This document shows, in pieces, positions 9,076 to 16,794 of a DNA stretch of 45,311 bases (its first letter is position 1; each line of letters begins with the position of its first letter). The translations under genes were made by a program, and so were the position numbers. Source of the DNA: Acidimicrobiia bacterium (GTDB taxonomy: Bacteria; Actinomycetota; Acidimicrobiia; Acidimicrobiales; Ilumatobacteraceae); contig JAYTVF010000423.1 of the NCBI GenBank assembly GCA_043744155.1, positions 1-45,311 on the forward strand, in the 5' to 3' direction. Under the pieces are notes generated by a model. The model ran no database searches. It was not told the origin of the DNA and was given only the letters and a program-made list of their open reading frames with translations.

Positions 9076-9504
9076 TCAGTTCGCTGCGGCGTTGGCGAGT
9101 TTCGCCAGAACACCGTCAATTACATGGGCAATCGCGTTCACGCCCGGGTTGTCGAAGCGAGCGAGTGCTGGGCCAAGTTGGTCGTACGCCACGTGGGTCA
9201 CGTCGTCGGCGTCGGCATACAGGTAGATGCGAGTGGGAAGATAGAGCCCGACTTCGGGTCCGCCAGCTTCGAGCAGTTTGCGGGCGGTCAAGGGGTTGCC
9301 GATGATGAAGTGTTGGGCCTTCATTTCGATCGGTACCCGCGACATCACCTTGCCCCAGTTGAGGAATCCCACTTGGATCAGGTTGCTCCGCCCGGCCAGA
9401 GGTTCGATTTCTTCGGCGTACTCGGCGAAGGTCTTGGAGGCGCTGAGTTTGTCCATCAACACCTCGGTGCTGGCCTTGCCCAGTTCCGCTTGCAGGTCTT
9501 TCAC
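9076..9504 (-). CDS. DUF302 domain protein
   Basis: ORF track 142 aa (GTG start). FIIGNPLTARKLLEAGGPEVGLYLPTRIYLYAD..THVAYD fits the DUF302 fold signature. The N-terminus probably extends to about 9570 (see finding). Confidence 0.7.
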   Translation of the reverse strand: MKDLQAELGKASTEVLMDKLSASKTFAEYAEEIEPLAGRSNLIQVGFLNWGKVMSRVPIEMKAQHFIIGNPLTARKLLEAGGPEVGLYLPTRIYLYADADDVTHVAYDQLGPALARFDNPGVNAIAHVIDGVLAKLANAAAN

Positions 9505-10159
9505 CGCCTGGGCAAACGGCTTCGCCGAGGCAATATCTACGTGGATGTTCTCGAATGAAGTGTCAGTAATGACGAGGCTCCTTGGGTCGGCCGCATGCAG
9601 TTCAGCGGCAATGATGTTCTGATAGTCCGTGTAGCGGCACAGCTGCCAACGCTCGGCTGATGCGACGATGATCCTTCATGCCGAACCCACATGTTATAGG
9701 AGCGCCGACCTGGCGCACACAGTCGCTACTCCCTGGTAGATACCCCAAAATCGTACCCACGATCATCTTATCGACTTCTGGCCAAATGATTAACGTTTGA
9801 TATCCAATTCAGCCGGGCTTTTTGCTCCGGCGCTTCGGCCAGGGTCGAATTCCTCGACAGTTGGGTCAAGCGCACCGGGGTCGGTCTCAGCTACGTGCAT
9901 AATACCTTGGCCGACAAGCTGCGCGGCGATTCGGCGAGATCGAAGGCTGTCTCGACGTCGAACTTCGTGACGAACACCAGCGCAACCTCATTGGGCGACG
10001 CACGGACCCACGTCGCAGACCGGACGGTCAAGCGACTCAGCGAAACGGGCATCGCGCCGGAAGTTCTGGCATGCTCGGCCGTTCTGGGCGTGGGCGAAGT
10101 AGCGCTCCCAATGACTGCTGGTAAGGACGAATCTGTCTGCGCAGGTGTGCGCTAGAAGG

Positions 10160-11083
10160 TCACTTCCGTGGCGTCGGTGTCGAGGCCATGTCGATGAGTC
10201 CGGTTCGCGCCGATGGGAACCGAGGGGTCCATGCAGAGGCCGCCCGGATGGCACCGTTACTGACCCGGAGTGAGCGTGACAGGCCGGTCGATGGCATCGC
10301 CGGTCGAAGAAGTGTGAGTCGCCCTGGCCCTCGAACCCACGAGGTGGTGCTCGTGGCTATGGCGAGAGCGTCAGCAAAGCCCCGTTTCGTAAGTGGCTCA
10401 TCGTCAACGATGTTGTAGCAGCCGGGCGGAGTCCGCAGCGCTGCAACGATCGCCGATCCGGCGTCGGCGAGATGGATCGACGAGACGTAGCCATCGGCCT
10501 TCCCGAAGACGGGGGCGATGTGGCGGTGGGCCAGCCTGAGGAGAAGTTCGCTATGACGGGCACCGTGGCCGTAGAACCATCCGAAGCGAAGTACGACCCC
10601 TTCGCCACCCGCTGCTGTGAACCGCTCGGCGCTCGCTTCAGCGGCGATGTTGCCCTCGGCGGCAGGGTACGGGTCGAGCGCTACCGCCTCGTCGATCAAC
10701 GCATCTCCGGAGTCGGGATAGATCATGGCGATCGACTCTTGAATCACCCTGCTCACCCGAGCACGAAGCGCAGCCTCCACGACGCTGCGCGACCCTTCGG
10801 TCCGAACACGGTGACATTGCTTCCAAGCCCGATTGCTATTGAACCGCAGCGTTGACGGTAACGCCGAGGCGAGGTTTGCGACGGCGTCGTGCCCCTCGAA
10901 CACCTCAGCGAGCGCTTCGGGATCGAAGAGCGACGCGCTGACCGGCGTTGCGCCCGCGGCTGTGACCAGGCGGGTCTTGGCGGGGTTGTGGACGAGGGCC
11001 GTGACTTCATGGCCGGCCGCGACAAGGGCCTGCACTGCGTAGGGACCGAGTGCTCCAGTGGCACCAGTAACGAACACCCTCAT
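10160..11083 (-). CDS. NAD(P)-dependent epimerase/dehydratase-type SDR oxidoreductase
   Basis: Internal ATG of ORF 10160..11410 gives MRVFVTGATGALGPYAVQALVAAGHEV (a Rossmann GxxGxxG motif at the N-terminus). Alternative ATG at 11095. The upstream 100 aa of the ORF look non-coding. Confidence 0.8.
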   Translation of the reverse strand: MRVFVTGATGALGPYAVQALVAAGHEVTALVHNPAKTRLVTAAGATPVSASLFDPEALAEVFEGHDAVANLASALPSTLRFNSNRAWKQCHRVRTEGSRSVVEAALRARVSRVIQESIAMIYPDSGDALIDEAVALDPYPAAEGNIAAEASAERFTAAGGEGVVLRFGWFYGHGARHSELLLRLAHRHIAPVFGKADGYVSSIHLADAGSAIVAALRTPPGCYNIVDDEPLTKRGFADALAIATSTTSWVRGPGRLTLLRPAMPSTGLSRSLRVSNGAIRAASAWTPRFPSARTGLIDMASTPTPRK

Positions 11084-11506
11084 CGCGCTGTCCATCGGTC
11101 GGTCACTATGTACAAACGATAGTCGTCGGCAAGACGATCTCCTCTGGACTCGCTTCTCGGCGCTCGGCTGGGCGCACCGACTTCCCCATTTGTTGAGGTC
11201 GTCGCGTAAACAAAGTAGTAGCGCAGTAGCAATCTCTGTGGAGAGCCTACGAATTGACGGTGAGGGTAAAGAGGTTGCGGTTGATGGTATGGCTTTCCAG
11301 GTCGAACGTGCCTGCGTTCGTGGCCACGAATGTGGAGGCTGCTGCTGCACCCACTGAGGCTTTCGCAGTGAGGTTGTAACCATGGAGTTGCGCTCGCGTG
11401 GCTGCTCCATCGATCTCCGGTGCTCATCCCGATTCCAGGAACGTCAAGCCTCGATCACGTCGAGTCAACCTTGAAGACCCGGAACGATGCACCTCGGGTC
11501 TTTCGT

Positions 11507-11926
11507 CTAAGGCATCCAGGGGTTGGTGATCGTGATGCCGGTGTCGGTGAAGTCGTCGATGTTGCGGGTGGCGAGCACAGCTCCATGACTTCGACATGTT
11601 GCTGCGATCTGAGCGTCGGCCATGGTGATGGGACGGCCTGCGCGTTCGCGGCGAACCACGATGTCGGCGTAGTGGATGGCGGCCGTCTCGTCGAAGGGGA
11701 CCACGCGGTGGTCGAAGTCGTCGTTCAGCATGGCTTCGATGTGTTCGGCAAGATCGGTCTTTCGGGCGCCGTCTGCGAGTCGGGCGACGCCGTAGAGCAA
11801 CTCGGCGACGGTGATGGCGGTGAGGTGGACCTCGGCCGCTGGCTGCCGATCGACCCAGTCGATCACGGACTCGGCTGGTGCAGCGCGCATGAGTTCCGAC
11901 ACGACGTTGGTGTCGAGAACGATCAT
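11507..11926 (-). CDS. vapC: Type II toxin, PIN-domain ribonuclease VapC (FitB-like)
   Basis: ORF track 139 aa. MIVLDTNVVSEL..., a conserved acidic PIN residue in context (LDTNV) and a DDF motif near the C-terminus (ATRNIDDF). 4-nt overlap with the upstream antitoxin gene. Confidence 0.9.
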   Translation of the reverse strand: MIVLDTNVVSELMRAAPAESVIDWVDRQPAAEVHLTAITVAELLYGVARLADGARKTDLAEHIEAMLNDDFDHRVVPFDETAAIHYADIVVRRERAGRPITMADAQIAATCRSHGAVLATRNIDDFTDTGITITNPWMP

Positions 11927-12165
11927 GACAACGCGGCTGGTCTGGGGTGGCCGTTTCGTGCTGGCAGGTCGAGTTCTGCGCCACCGATCGTGGCGAACCG
12001 TTGCTGGATTCGGCGGCCGAGCCGATCGGCGGCCACCGGTTGGGTCAAGGTGTTACGGAGGATCTCGCGGACTTCGGCTTCCATCGACCGTCCATGTCGA
12101 GCAGCTCGGACGCGGAGACTTGCACGTAGCTCCTCATCAAGATCTCGAATTGTGAGCGTTGCCAC
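11923..12165 (-). CDS. vapB: Type II antitoxin VapB (FitA/Arc-type ribbon-helix-helix)
   Basis: ORF track 80 aa. MATLTIRDLDEELRASLRVRAARHGRSMEAEVREIL is a typical RHH antitoxin N-terminus. Lies immediately upstream of vapC and overlaps it. Confidence 0.85.
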   Translation of the reverse strand: MATLTIRDLDEELRASLRVRAARHGRSMEAEVREILRNTLTQPVAADRLGRRIQQRFATIGGAELDLPARNGHPRPAALS

Positions 12166-12199
12166 TGTGTCTCCCTACCGCATAGCCTTCAATGAAGTC

Positions 12200-12211
12200 A
12201 ATGCTAGCATT
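12200..12211. promoter_or_regulatory. Perfect 12-bp palindrome AATGCTAGCATT upstream of vapB (candidate VapB operator)
   Basis: Read directly from the sequence. Lies 35-46 nt upstream of the vapB start in a low-GC spacer. Confidence 0.4.
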
Positions 12212-12501
12212 AATCGCGTATTCTACGCAGTGCCCGAGAGTTGTTTCTCCATGTCTCGCAAATCACCCGTACACGACCCCGATGTTGGCGATCCTGGCTG
12301 GCATTCTGGCCGACGCGATCGCCTCTACCACGGCGAATAGCCCAAAGGCATCGGTTGGCTGATCGAGAGCACTGGTACGAGCACGTCGACCACTGGCCGG
12401 GGCTCGTGTCGAGGCCCCCGTTTCGTTTGATGCACTGCTCGGCATCTATCGCGATCGATGCCATCGTCGCTCTCTTGCCATCACGTTGCAACGCTTTCGA
12501 T

Positions 12502-12597
12502 GTCCGTCTCGCCGAGTTGCGGCACCTCGTGTTGCGTTTGAACGACCAGAACTCGACATGGGTATACCGGCGAATCCACGGTGAACTCGCGTTGCTC
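12502..12597 (+). pseudogene. Remnant of an IS481/IS3-type integrase-family transposase (N-terminal HTH region only)
   Basis: Within ORF 12241..12852 the stretch DVRLAELRHLVLRLNDQNSTWVYRRIHGELALL matches the common LRLARENPxWGYRRIHGEL signature. No catalytic rve region follows, because the anti-sigma gene on the other strand starts occupying the DNA at 12610. Confidence 0.4.
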
Positions 12598-12609
12598 CGG
12601 CTTGCGGGT

Positions 12610-13266
12610 TCACGCAAGCGACGCGCGCAGGAGAGTGTGTCCGGTTGTATCGCTCACGCCGAGGGCGATTGCCTGGCCTTTGTGAGCGGCCGTCGCAAGC
12701 GTGACGGTGAGTCGTTTGTCGCCGACGGCCATGAAGGTCCCGGCTGGCGTGCGAGTCCCGCCGGCGTCTTCCAACCATACGACGTGGATTCCGTCGGGGC
12801 GAAGACCGGCGACTTCGAGAGTGATTTGTGTTCCCCACGGCTTGTCTTCTAGACGGGCTGTTGCTTCGATCCCGGGAGCTCCGGATAGTGCTACCTGTTC
12901 GCCTCTTGCAGGTACTGACCCCCGGGACTGTGTACCGACACCGGCCACGACAACGAGTAGCGCCGCAACGGCGAGAAGGACCCGAACACGGGACCGGACT
13001 GCCTTGCGGTGGCGTTCGGCCTGAACTTGGTTGAAGAGGGCGGCCTCAAGGTGTCGCGGAGCAGAAAGGCGAGGTGCACCGACTCGAGAAGGGTCGGCCG
13101 ATGCCAGTAGCCCTGCTGTCTGCCTCAACTGCGTGAGTTCATGTCGGCAGCTCGGGCAGCCGTCGAGGTGGGCGATGACGGCAGGCGTCTCACGGTCGGA
13201 GAGTTGGCTGAGGGCAAACGTCGCGAGAAGGCCTTGCCATTCGCGGCATGCGTCAGAGGTTGTCAT
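12610..13266 (-). CDS. Anti-sigma factor: zf-HC2 (ZAS) N-terminus, one TM helix, RskA-like extracytoplasmic domain
   Basis: Internal ATG 13266 of ORF 12610..13434 (MTTSDACREW...). HLDGCPSCRHEL is an HxxxCxxC motif. TM helix VRVLLAVAALLVVVAGVG. C-terminal LEVAGLRPDGIHVVWLEDAGGTRTPAGTF resembles anti-sigma-K RskA. The start overlaps the sigma gene's 3' end by 14 nt. Confidence 0.8.
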   Translation of the reverse strand: MTTSDACREWQGLLATFALSQLSDRETPAVIAHLDGCPSCRHELTQLRQTAGLLASADPSRVGAPRLSAPRHLEAALFNQVQAERHRKAVRSRVRVLLAVAALLVVVAGVGTQSRGSVPARGEQVALSGAPGIEATARLEDKPWGTQITLEVAGLRPDGIHVVWLEDAGGTRTPAGTFMAVGDKRLTVTLATAAHKGQAIALGVSDTTGHTLLRASLA

Positions 13267-13867
13267 GCCAGCCCATTTCATCAAGAGTAAGTCGGAGTGC
13301 CTTGAGCCCGTAGAACAACCGACTACGAATCGTACCTTCGGGAACTCCGTGGCGTACGCCGATCTCAACGGCGGAGCGTCCCTCGAAGTAGGACTCGACG
13401 AGCGCGTTTCTGTGATCCTTAGTGAGTCGTCCAAGTGCTTCTTCCACCAGCCAGCCTTGCAGCGCTGTGTCGATCATTGCGTCACCGTTTTCGACCGGTT
13501 CAGTGCCAGACACAGCCACCGGAAACCGAACGGAACGGGTCCTGGCGACGTCGATAATGATGTTGCGGCAAATCGCGAAGAGCCAGCCTCGTAGCGACCC
13601 GAGGTTCTCATCAAAACGTTCGGCCGAACGCCAAGCTCGCATGAAGGTTTCTTGTACGGCTTCTTCAGCGAGGCCGTCGTCGTCAAGCGCGCGGCGGGCG
13701 TAGCCGTAGAGTTCACCGCTGTGGGCGGCGTAGGCGCGCCGGAGGAAACGTTCGTCGGCCAGGACCGGTTCTCCGCCGGTGAGTAGTCGAAGCCGGGGAA
13801 TCACGCCTTGTATACGGGCACGATGATCGGATCGTTCACTGGGTCGACGGAAACTCATGGGCACCAC
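13253..13867 (-). CDS. ECF (group 4) RNA polymerase sigma-70 factor
   Basis: ORF track 204 aa. Region 2 (LAEEAVQETFMRAWRSAERFD...LRGWLFAICRNIIID) and region 4 (SAVEIGVRHGVPEGTIRSRLFYGLKALR). Start is GTG 13867 or ATG 13858. Confidence 0.9.
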   Translation of the reverse strand: MVPMSFRRPSERSDHRARIQGVIPRLRLLTGGEPVLADERFLRRAYAAHSGELYGYARRALDDDGLAEEAVQETFMRAWRSAERFDENLGSLRGWLFAICRNIIIDVARTRSVRFPVAVSGTEPVENGDAMIDTALQGWLVEEALGRLTKDHRNALVESYFEGRSAVEIGVRHGVPEGTIRSRLFYGLKALRLTLDEMGWHDNL

Positions 13868-13996
13868 GACAGAAGGCGGTCAGTACATCGTGCGGCCAAG
13901 CGCACTCCAGCAATGAGCGACGTCAAAGTACTCCAAGTCTGCCCCATTACTTCGGGTCGGAGTCGCGACATCGCCGGGAAATCTTTGGGTGCCGTT

Positions 13997-14023
13997 TGAA
14001 CGTTTGGTGAGCTGCGCTCGTAA
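13997..14023 (+). promoter_or_regulatory. Candidate ECF-type promoter (TGAAC-N17-CGTAA) in front of the secreted-protein gene
   Basis: Read from the sequence in the divergent spacer. About 50 nt upstream of ATG 14074. Resembles the generic ECF GAAC...CGT architecture. Not validated. Confidence 0.3.
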
Positions 14024-14073
14024 CCGCATGTGACGAGTTGGGCTCCCGTCCACCGTCACGAAAGGACTCGGAC

Positions 14074-15246
14074 ATGAACAAGATACTGGTAGGACTCACT
14101 TGCCTTCTAAGCGTCGTTGTCACCGCCCCGGCAACAGCCGGAGCGTCCGCGGAACACGAGTCGGCGGGCCCGACCGTACATATCACCTCGCCCAGTCGGG
14201 CCTCGATCGCACCCGGGGAAGGGATACCGGGATACGGAAGTTTCAACGGGTCAGGGTTTGCGCTCAGTATCGAAGCCGAAACCCACGACACCGTGGGGGT
14301 AAGGGTCAAAGAAGCGCTCAACATCCGGCACACGGCCGCTCTCGGTCAAGCCAACCCGGACTTCCCCGGGCTGAACGTCACGATCGACAATGACCTAACA
14401 AAACCCGATGGTGGAATCATCCCCGCCGGAACCAACCTGGCGTCGCTCTTCAACATCGCAGGGACCGACGACACTCCCGGACCCGGCGTCACGGTCTGGG
14501 CCGGCTGGCACGTCCTGGAATCCGTCGCGCCCGGAACCAAACACATCACCATCAACGTCGCCGTCACTGACGAGGCAGGCCGCACCGGTAGCACCCAGCA
14601 ACGTTTCAAGGTCAGCGACCGAGCAGGGATTTCCGGTCAAGCACTCACCCCGACACCGGGCACTGTCAGCACCACAAATCTGGAGGACACAAACGGGCCG
14701 GGCGTTTCGATAAAGGCGCCCGAGGCACCGACCAGTATCGCGCTCGGAACTCTCCCTCAACCAACCTTGGCCAATGGGACGTTGTTCTTCCTACAGGTCA
14801 ACGCCACCGACAACGCCAACCACGGCATAGGCGTGAGTGAGAACGGGACTGGCAACGGGCTGATCGTTGACCCCACCCAAATCGGGGCGCACGGACCCAA
14901 CCGCAACTACCCCGGACTCAACGTCACGTTCGACGTCGGTCTGCGCCAACCCAACGGCAACCTCATCCCTGCCGGCCAAAACCTTGCACCGTTGTTCAAC
15001 ATCGCCGGCAGCGAACTTGTCCGCGGCGATCGGGGTAAACGCGAGAACGATGACCGACACGGCCACACCGTGGTGCGGACCGTTGCCGACTGGGTCATCG
15101 GTGGATCCCTTGTGCTCGCACCAGGCCAAACCGAGATCACAATCAATGCCACGGTCACCGACAACGCTGGATACACCGGCACCAAGTCCATCACCGTTGG
15201 CGTCAGCCCCAGCATCAGTGGACAAAACCTAACGCCGAACCCCTGA
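14074..15246 (+). CDS. Secreted protein made of two tandem copies of an unrecognised domain of about 170-180 aa
   Basis: ATG 14074 (AAAGGA upstream) gives the signal peptide MNKILVGLTCLLSVVVTAPATAGASA. Two internal repeats share GP.V.I..P, PGLNVT[IF]D, IPAG.NLA.LFNIAG, I.TINA.VTD.AG.TG and ISGQ.LTP. Confidence 0.75.
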   Translation: MNKILVGLTCLLSVVVTAPATAGASAEHESAGPTVHITSPSRASIAPGEGIPGYGSFNGSGFALSIEAETHDTVGVRVKEALNIRHTAALGQANPDFPGLNVTIDNDLTKPDGGIIPAGTNLASLFNIAGTDDTPGPGVTVWAGWHVLESVAPGTKHITINVAVTDEAGRTGSTQQRFKVSDRAGISGQALTPTPGTVSTTNLEDTNGPGVSIKAPEAPTSIALGTLPQPTLANGTLFFLQVNATDNANHGIGVSENGTGNGLIVDPTQIGAHGPNRNYPGLNVTFDVGLRQPNGNLIPAGQNLAPLFNIAGSELVRGDRGKRENDDRHGHTVVRTVADWVIGGSLVLAPGQTEITINATVTDNAGYTGTKSITVGVSPSISGQNLTPNP

Positions 15247-15253
15247 CAATCAC

Positions 15254-15300
15254 GCAACGCGCCGACACTCGCCATTTGGCGGGTGTCGGCGCCTCGTTGC
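15254..15300 (+). terminator. Strong GC-rich hairpin immediately after the 14074..15246 stop
   Basis: GCAACGCGCCGACACTCGCC-ATTT-GGCGGGTGTCGGCGCCTCGTTGC: about 15 bp of stem, a bulge, then 5 more bp. There is no U-tract. Confidence 0.55.
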
Positions 15301-15387
15301 GTTCGCAAATGAGAAATCCACTGTGGTAACCCATCCCAATAGAGGGCCGCCGCTCGACAATCAGTCCCAGTCGGGCCACCCACAGTT

Positions 15388-15672
15388 GTGAATCAGGATG
15401 ACTTCGTTCGAACGCTGCGCGCTGCATGTGAACGGTCGAACGGCTCGTGGGTTCGCGCGATCGGGTATCACGAATCGGTTGCTGGTCCGCTGGATGCAGC
15501 ATTGCACGATCGTCTTGTTTCGGGCTCGAACCCCTCGATCCCCCGACGAGTTCGGGTGGGGGAGCGCACAGACCTGGTCGTCCTCGGGTGCTCGTTGGCA
15601 GCGGCCCTGGCCGATCTGTCGTCTCAAGCGGTGCGACTGACAATTGTGCGTGCAGGTGTTTCGTACAGGTGA
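15388..15672 (+). pseudogene. Possible remnant of an amidohydrolase-family gene (internal deletion)
   Basis: The ORF track 94-aa product has WVRAIGYHESVAGPLDAALHDRLV...VRV and then ADL-VL...VRLTIVRAGVSY. These look like the mid and C-terminal ends of metal-dependent amidohydrolases joined directly. Too short to be functional. Confidence 0.3.
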
Positions 15673-15851
15673 TCTGAGCCGTAACGAATCGTTGTCATCG
15701 GTCCACTCGACGACATCGTTGTTGTGGCGCTCGCGCTGCGTTACGCGGCGCGACGTATTCCACCCGAAGCGCTCATTGAAGCGCGGCCCGCCGACTGGCG
15801 TCGGGGGCCAGGCACAACGGTTGGCCGGGATCCCCCTGGTAGACAGTTGGC

Positions 15852-16772
15852 ATGGTGATGACTGCGTACCTGGCCGCCGAAGGTTTCGAGGCCCAACTGG
15901 AACAGGAACTCGCGGAGGCGGGAGTGCCGGTTCGGCTCCGGCATGGGCGGCTCTTGCTCACCGACACCGACCCCATCCGCAGCGCCTGGGCGGCCAACAC
16001 CTGGTACGACGTGGTGGAACGCACCATCGATTCCATAGGGAACGCCGCGACGGTGCTGAAGGGAATGCAGCGCAACTGGGCCGCCTATGCCCCGACCCAC
16101 AGCGGTCGACTCCGCCTGATTGCCGAAAAACTTCCCCACGTCTCGGCGAAACCCTTGGCGCTCGGCAGCCTCGGCCCGACCGCCCCATTGGGGTCGTTCA
16201 CGTTGTTGACTCCCACCGTCTTGCTGGCCGCGGCCCACTGTTCAAGCGCGTTCGCCAACGGAGAGGTGGTCTTCGACGAGGATCGCACTGGCCCTCCGAG
16301 TCGGGCCTACCTCAAGCTCGTCGAAGCGTTCGTCCGCCTCGGTCGGATGCCGGCCGCCGGTGATCGCTGCCTCGATTTGGGCGCCAGTCCAGGAGGGTGG
16401 ACGTGGTACCTGCAGCGGCTCGGCGCCCATGTCTTGGCCATCGACAAGGCCCCGCTTGATCCGAAGGTCGCCCGATTGGCCCGGGTGCAATGGCGAGGCG
16501 AAAGCGCCTTTGGTCTTGACCCACGTACGGTCGAACCGGTGGAGTGGTTGTGCAGTGACATCGTGGCCTACCCCGAGCGACTGTTGCGCTTGGTGCACAC
16601 CTGGGTGGAAAGTAGCCGCGCTCGCAACATCATCTGCACCGTCAAATTCCAGGGGGTCGTGGACCCGGCCGTCGTGGCTGAATTGTCCGCCGTCGCCCAC
16701 GGGCAGCTCTTTCATCTGCATCACAACAAACATGAGCTGACCTTCGCCCGACTTTTGCCGACCGAAAACTGA
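15852..16772 (+). CDS. rlmM: RlmM-like SAM-dependent rRNA 2'-O-methyltransferase (FtsJ fold)
   Basis: ORF track 306 aa. PSRAYLKLVEAF, CLDLGASPGGWTWYL (SAM-binding loop) and WLCSDIVAYPERLLRLV align by eye with E. coli RlmM APSRSTLKLEEAF, AVDLGACPGGWTYQL and WMVCDMVEKPAKVAAL. Confidence 0.75.
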   Translation: MVMTAYLAAEGFEAQLEQELAEAGVPVRLRHGRLLLTDTDPIRSAWAANTWYDVVERTIDSIGNAATVLKGMQRNWAAYAPTHSGRLRLIAEKLPHVSAKPLALGSLGPTAPLGSFTLLTPTVLLAAAHCSSAFANGEVVFDEDRTGPPSRAYLKLVEAFVRLGRMPAAGDRCLDLGASPGGWTWYLQRLGAHVLAIDKAPLDPKVARLARVQWRGESAFGLDPRTVEPVEWLCSDIVAYPERLLRLVHTWVESSRARNIICTVKFQGVVDPAVVAELSAVAHGQLFHLHHNKHELTFARLLPTEN

Positions 16773-16794
16773 CCGACCGGCGACCGACCACGAC

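Noticed and set aside
9811-9860. tRNA-like T-arm string (GGTCGAATTCC) and the hairpin GCCGG-gctttttgct-CCGGC
   Set aside because: No acceptor stem, anticodon arm or D-arm can be folded around it, and the T-stem halves are not complementary. It might be an old att/tRNA scar, but this is not supportable from the sequence alone.
9895-10254. ORFs 9895..10155 (+) and 9988..10254 (-) in the spacer downstream of the SDR gene
   Set aside because: No motif is recognisable in either. The minus-strand frames switch between protein-like stretches (..SSHWERYFAHAQNG.., ..EVALVFVTKFDVETAFDLAE..), suggesting at most another decayed gene. There is not enough evidence to call it.
10160-11410. Full 416-aa version of the SDR ORF
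   Set aside because: The Rossmann GxxGxxG motif sits at residue about 114 of that ORF, and the preceding 100 aa are Ser/Arg/Pro-rich with no similarity. SDR epimerases start a few residues before the motif, so ATG 11083/11095 is preferred.
11420-12340. 306-aa + strand ORF and 186-aa minus-strand ORF 11424..11984
   Set aside because: They overlap the clearly recognisable vapB/vapC genes in other frames or on the other strand, and their composition is Arg/Gly/His-rich with no motifs.
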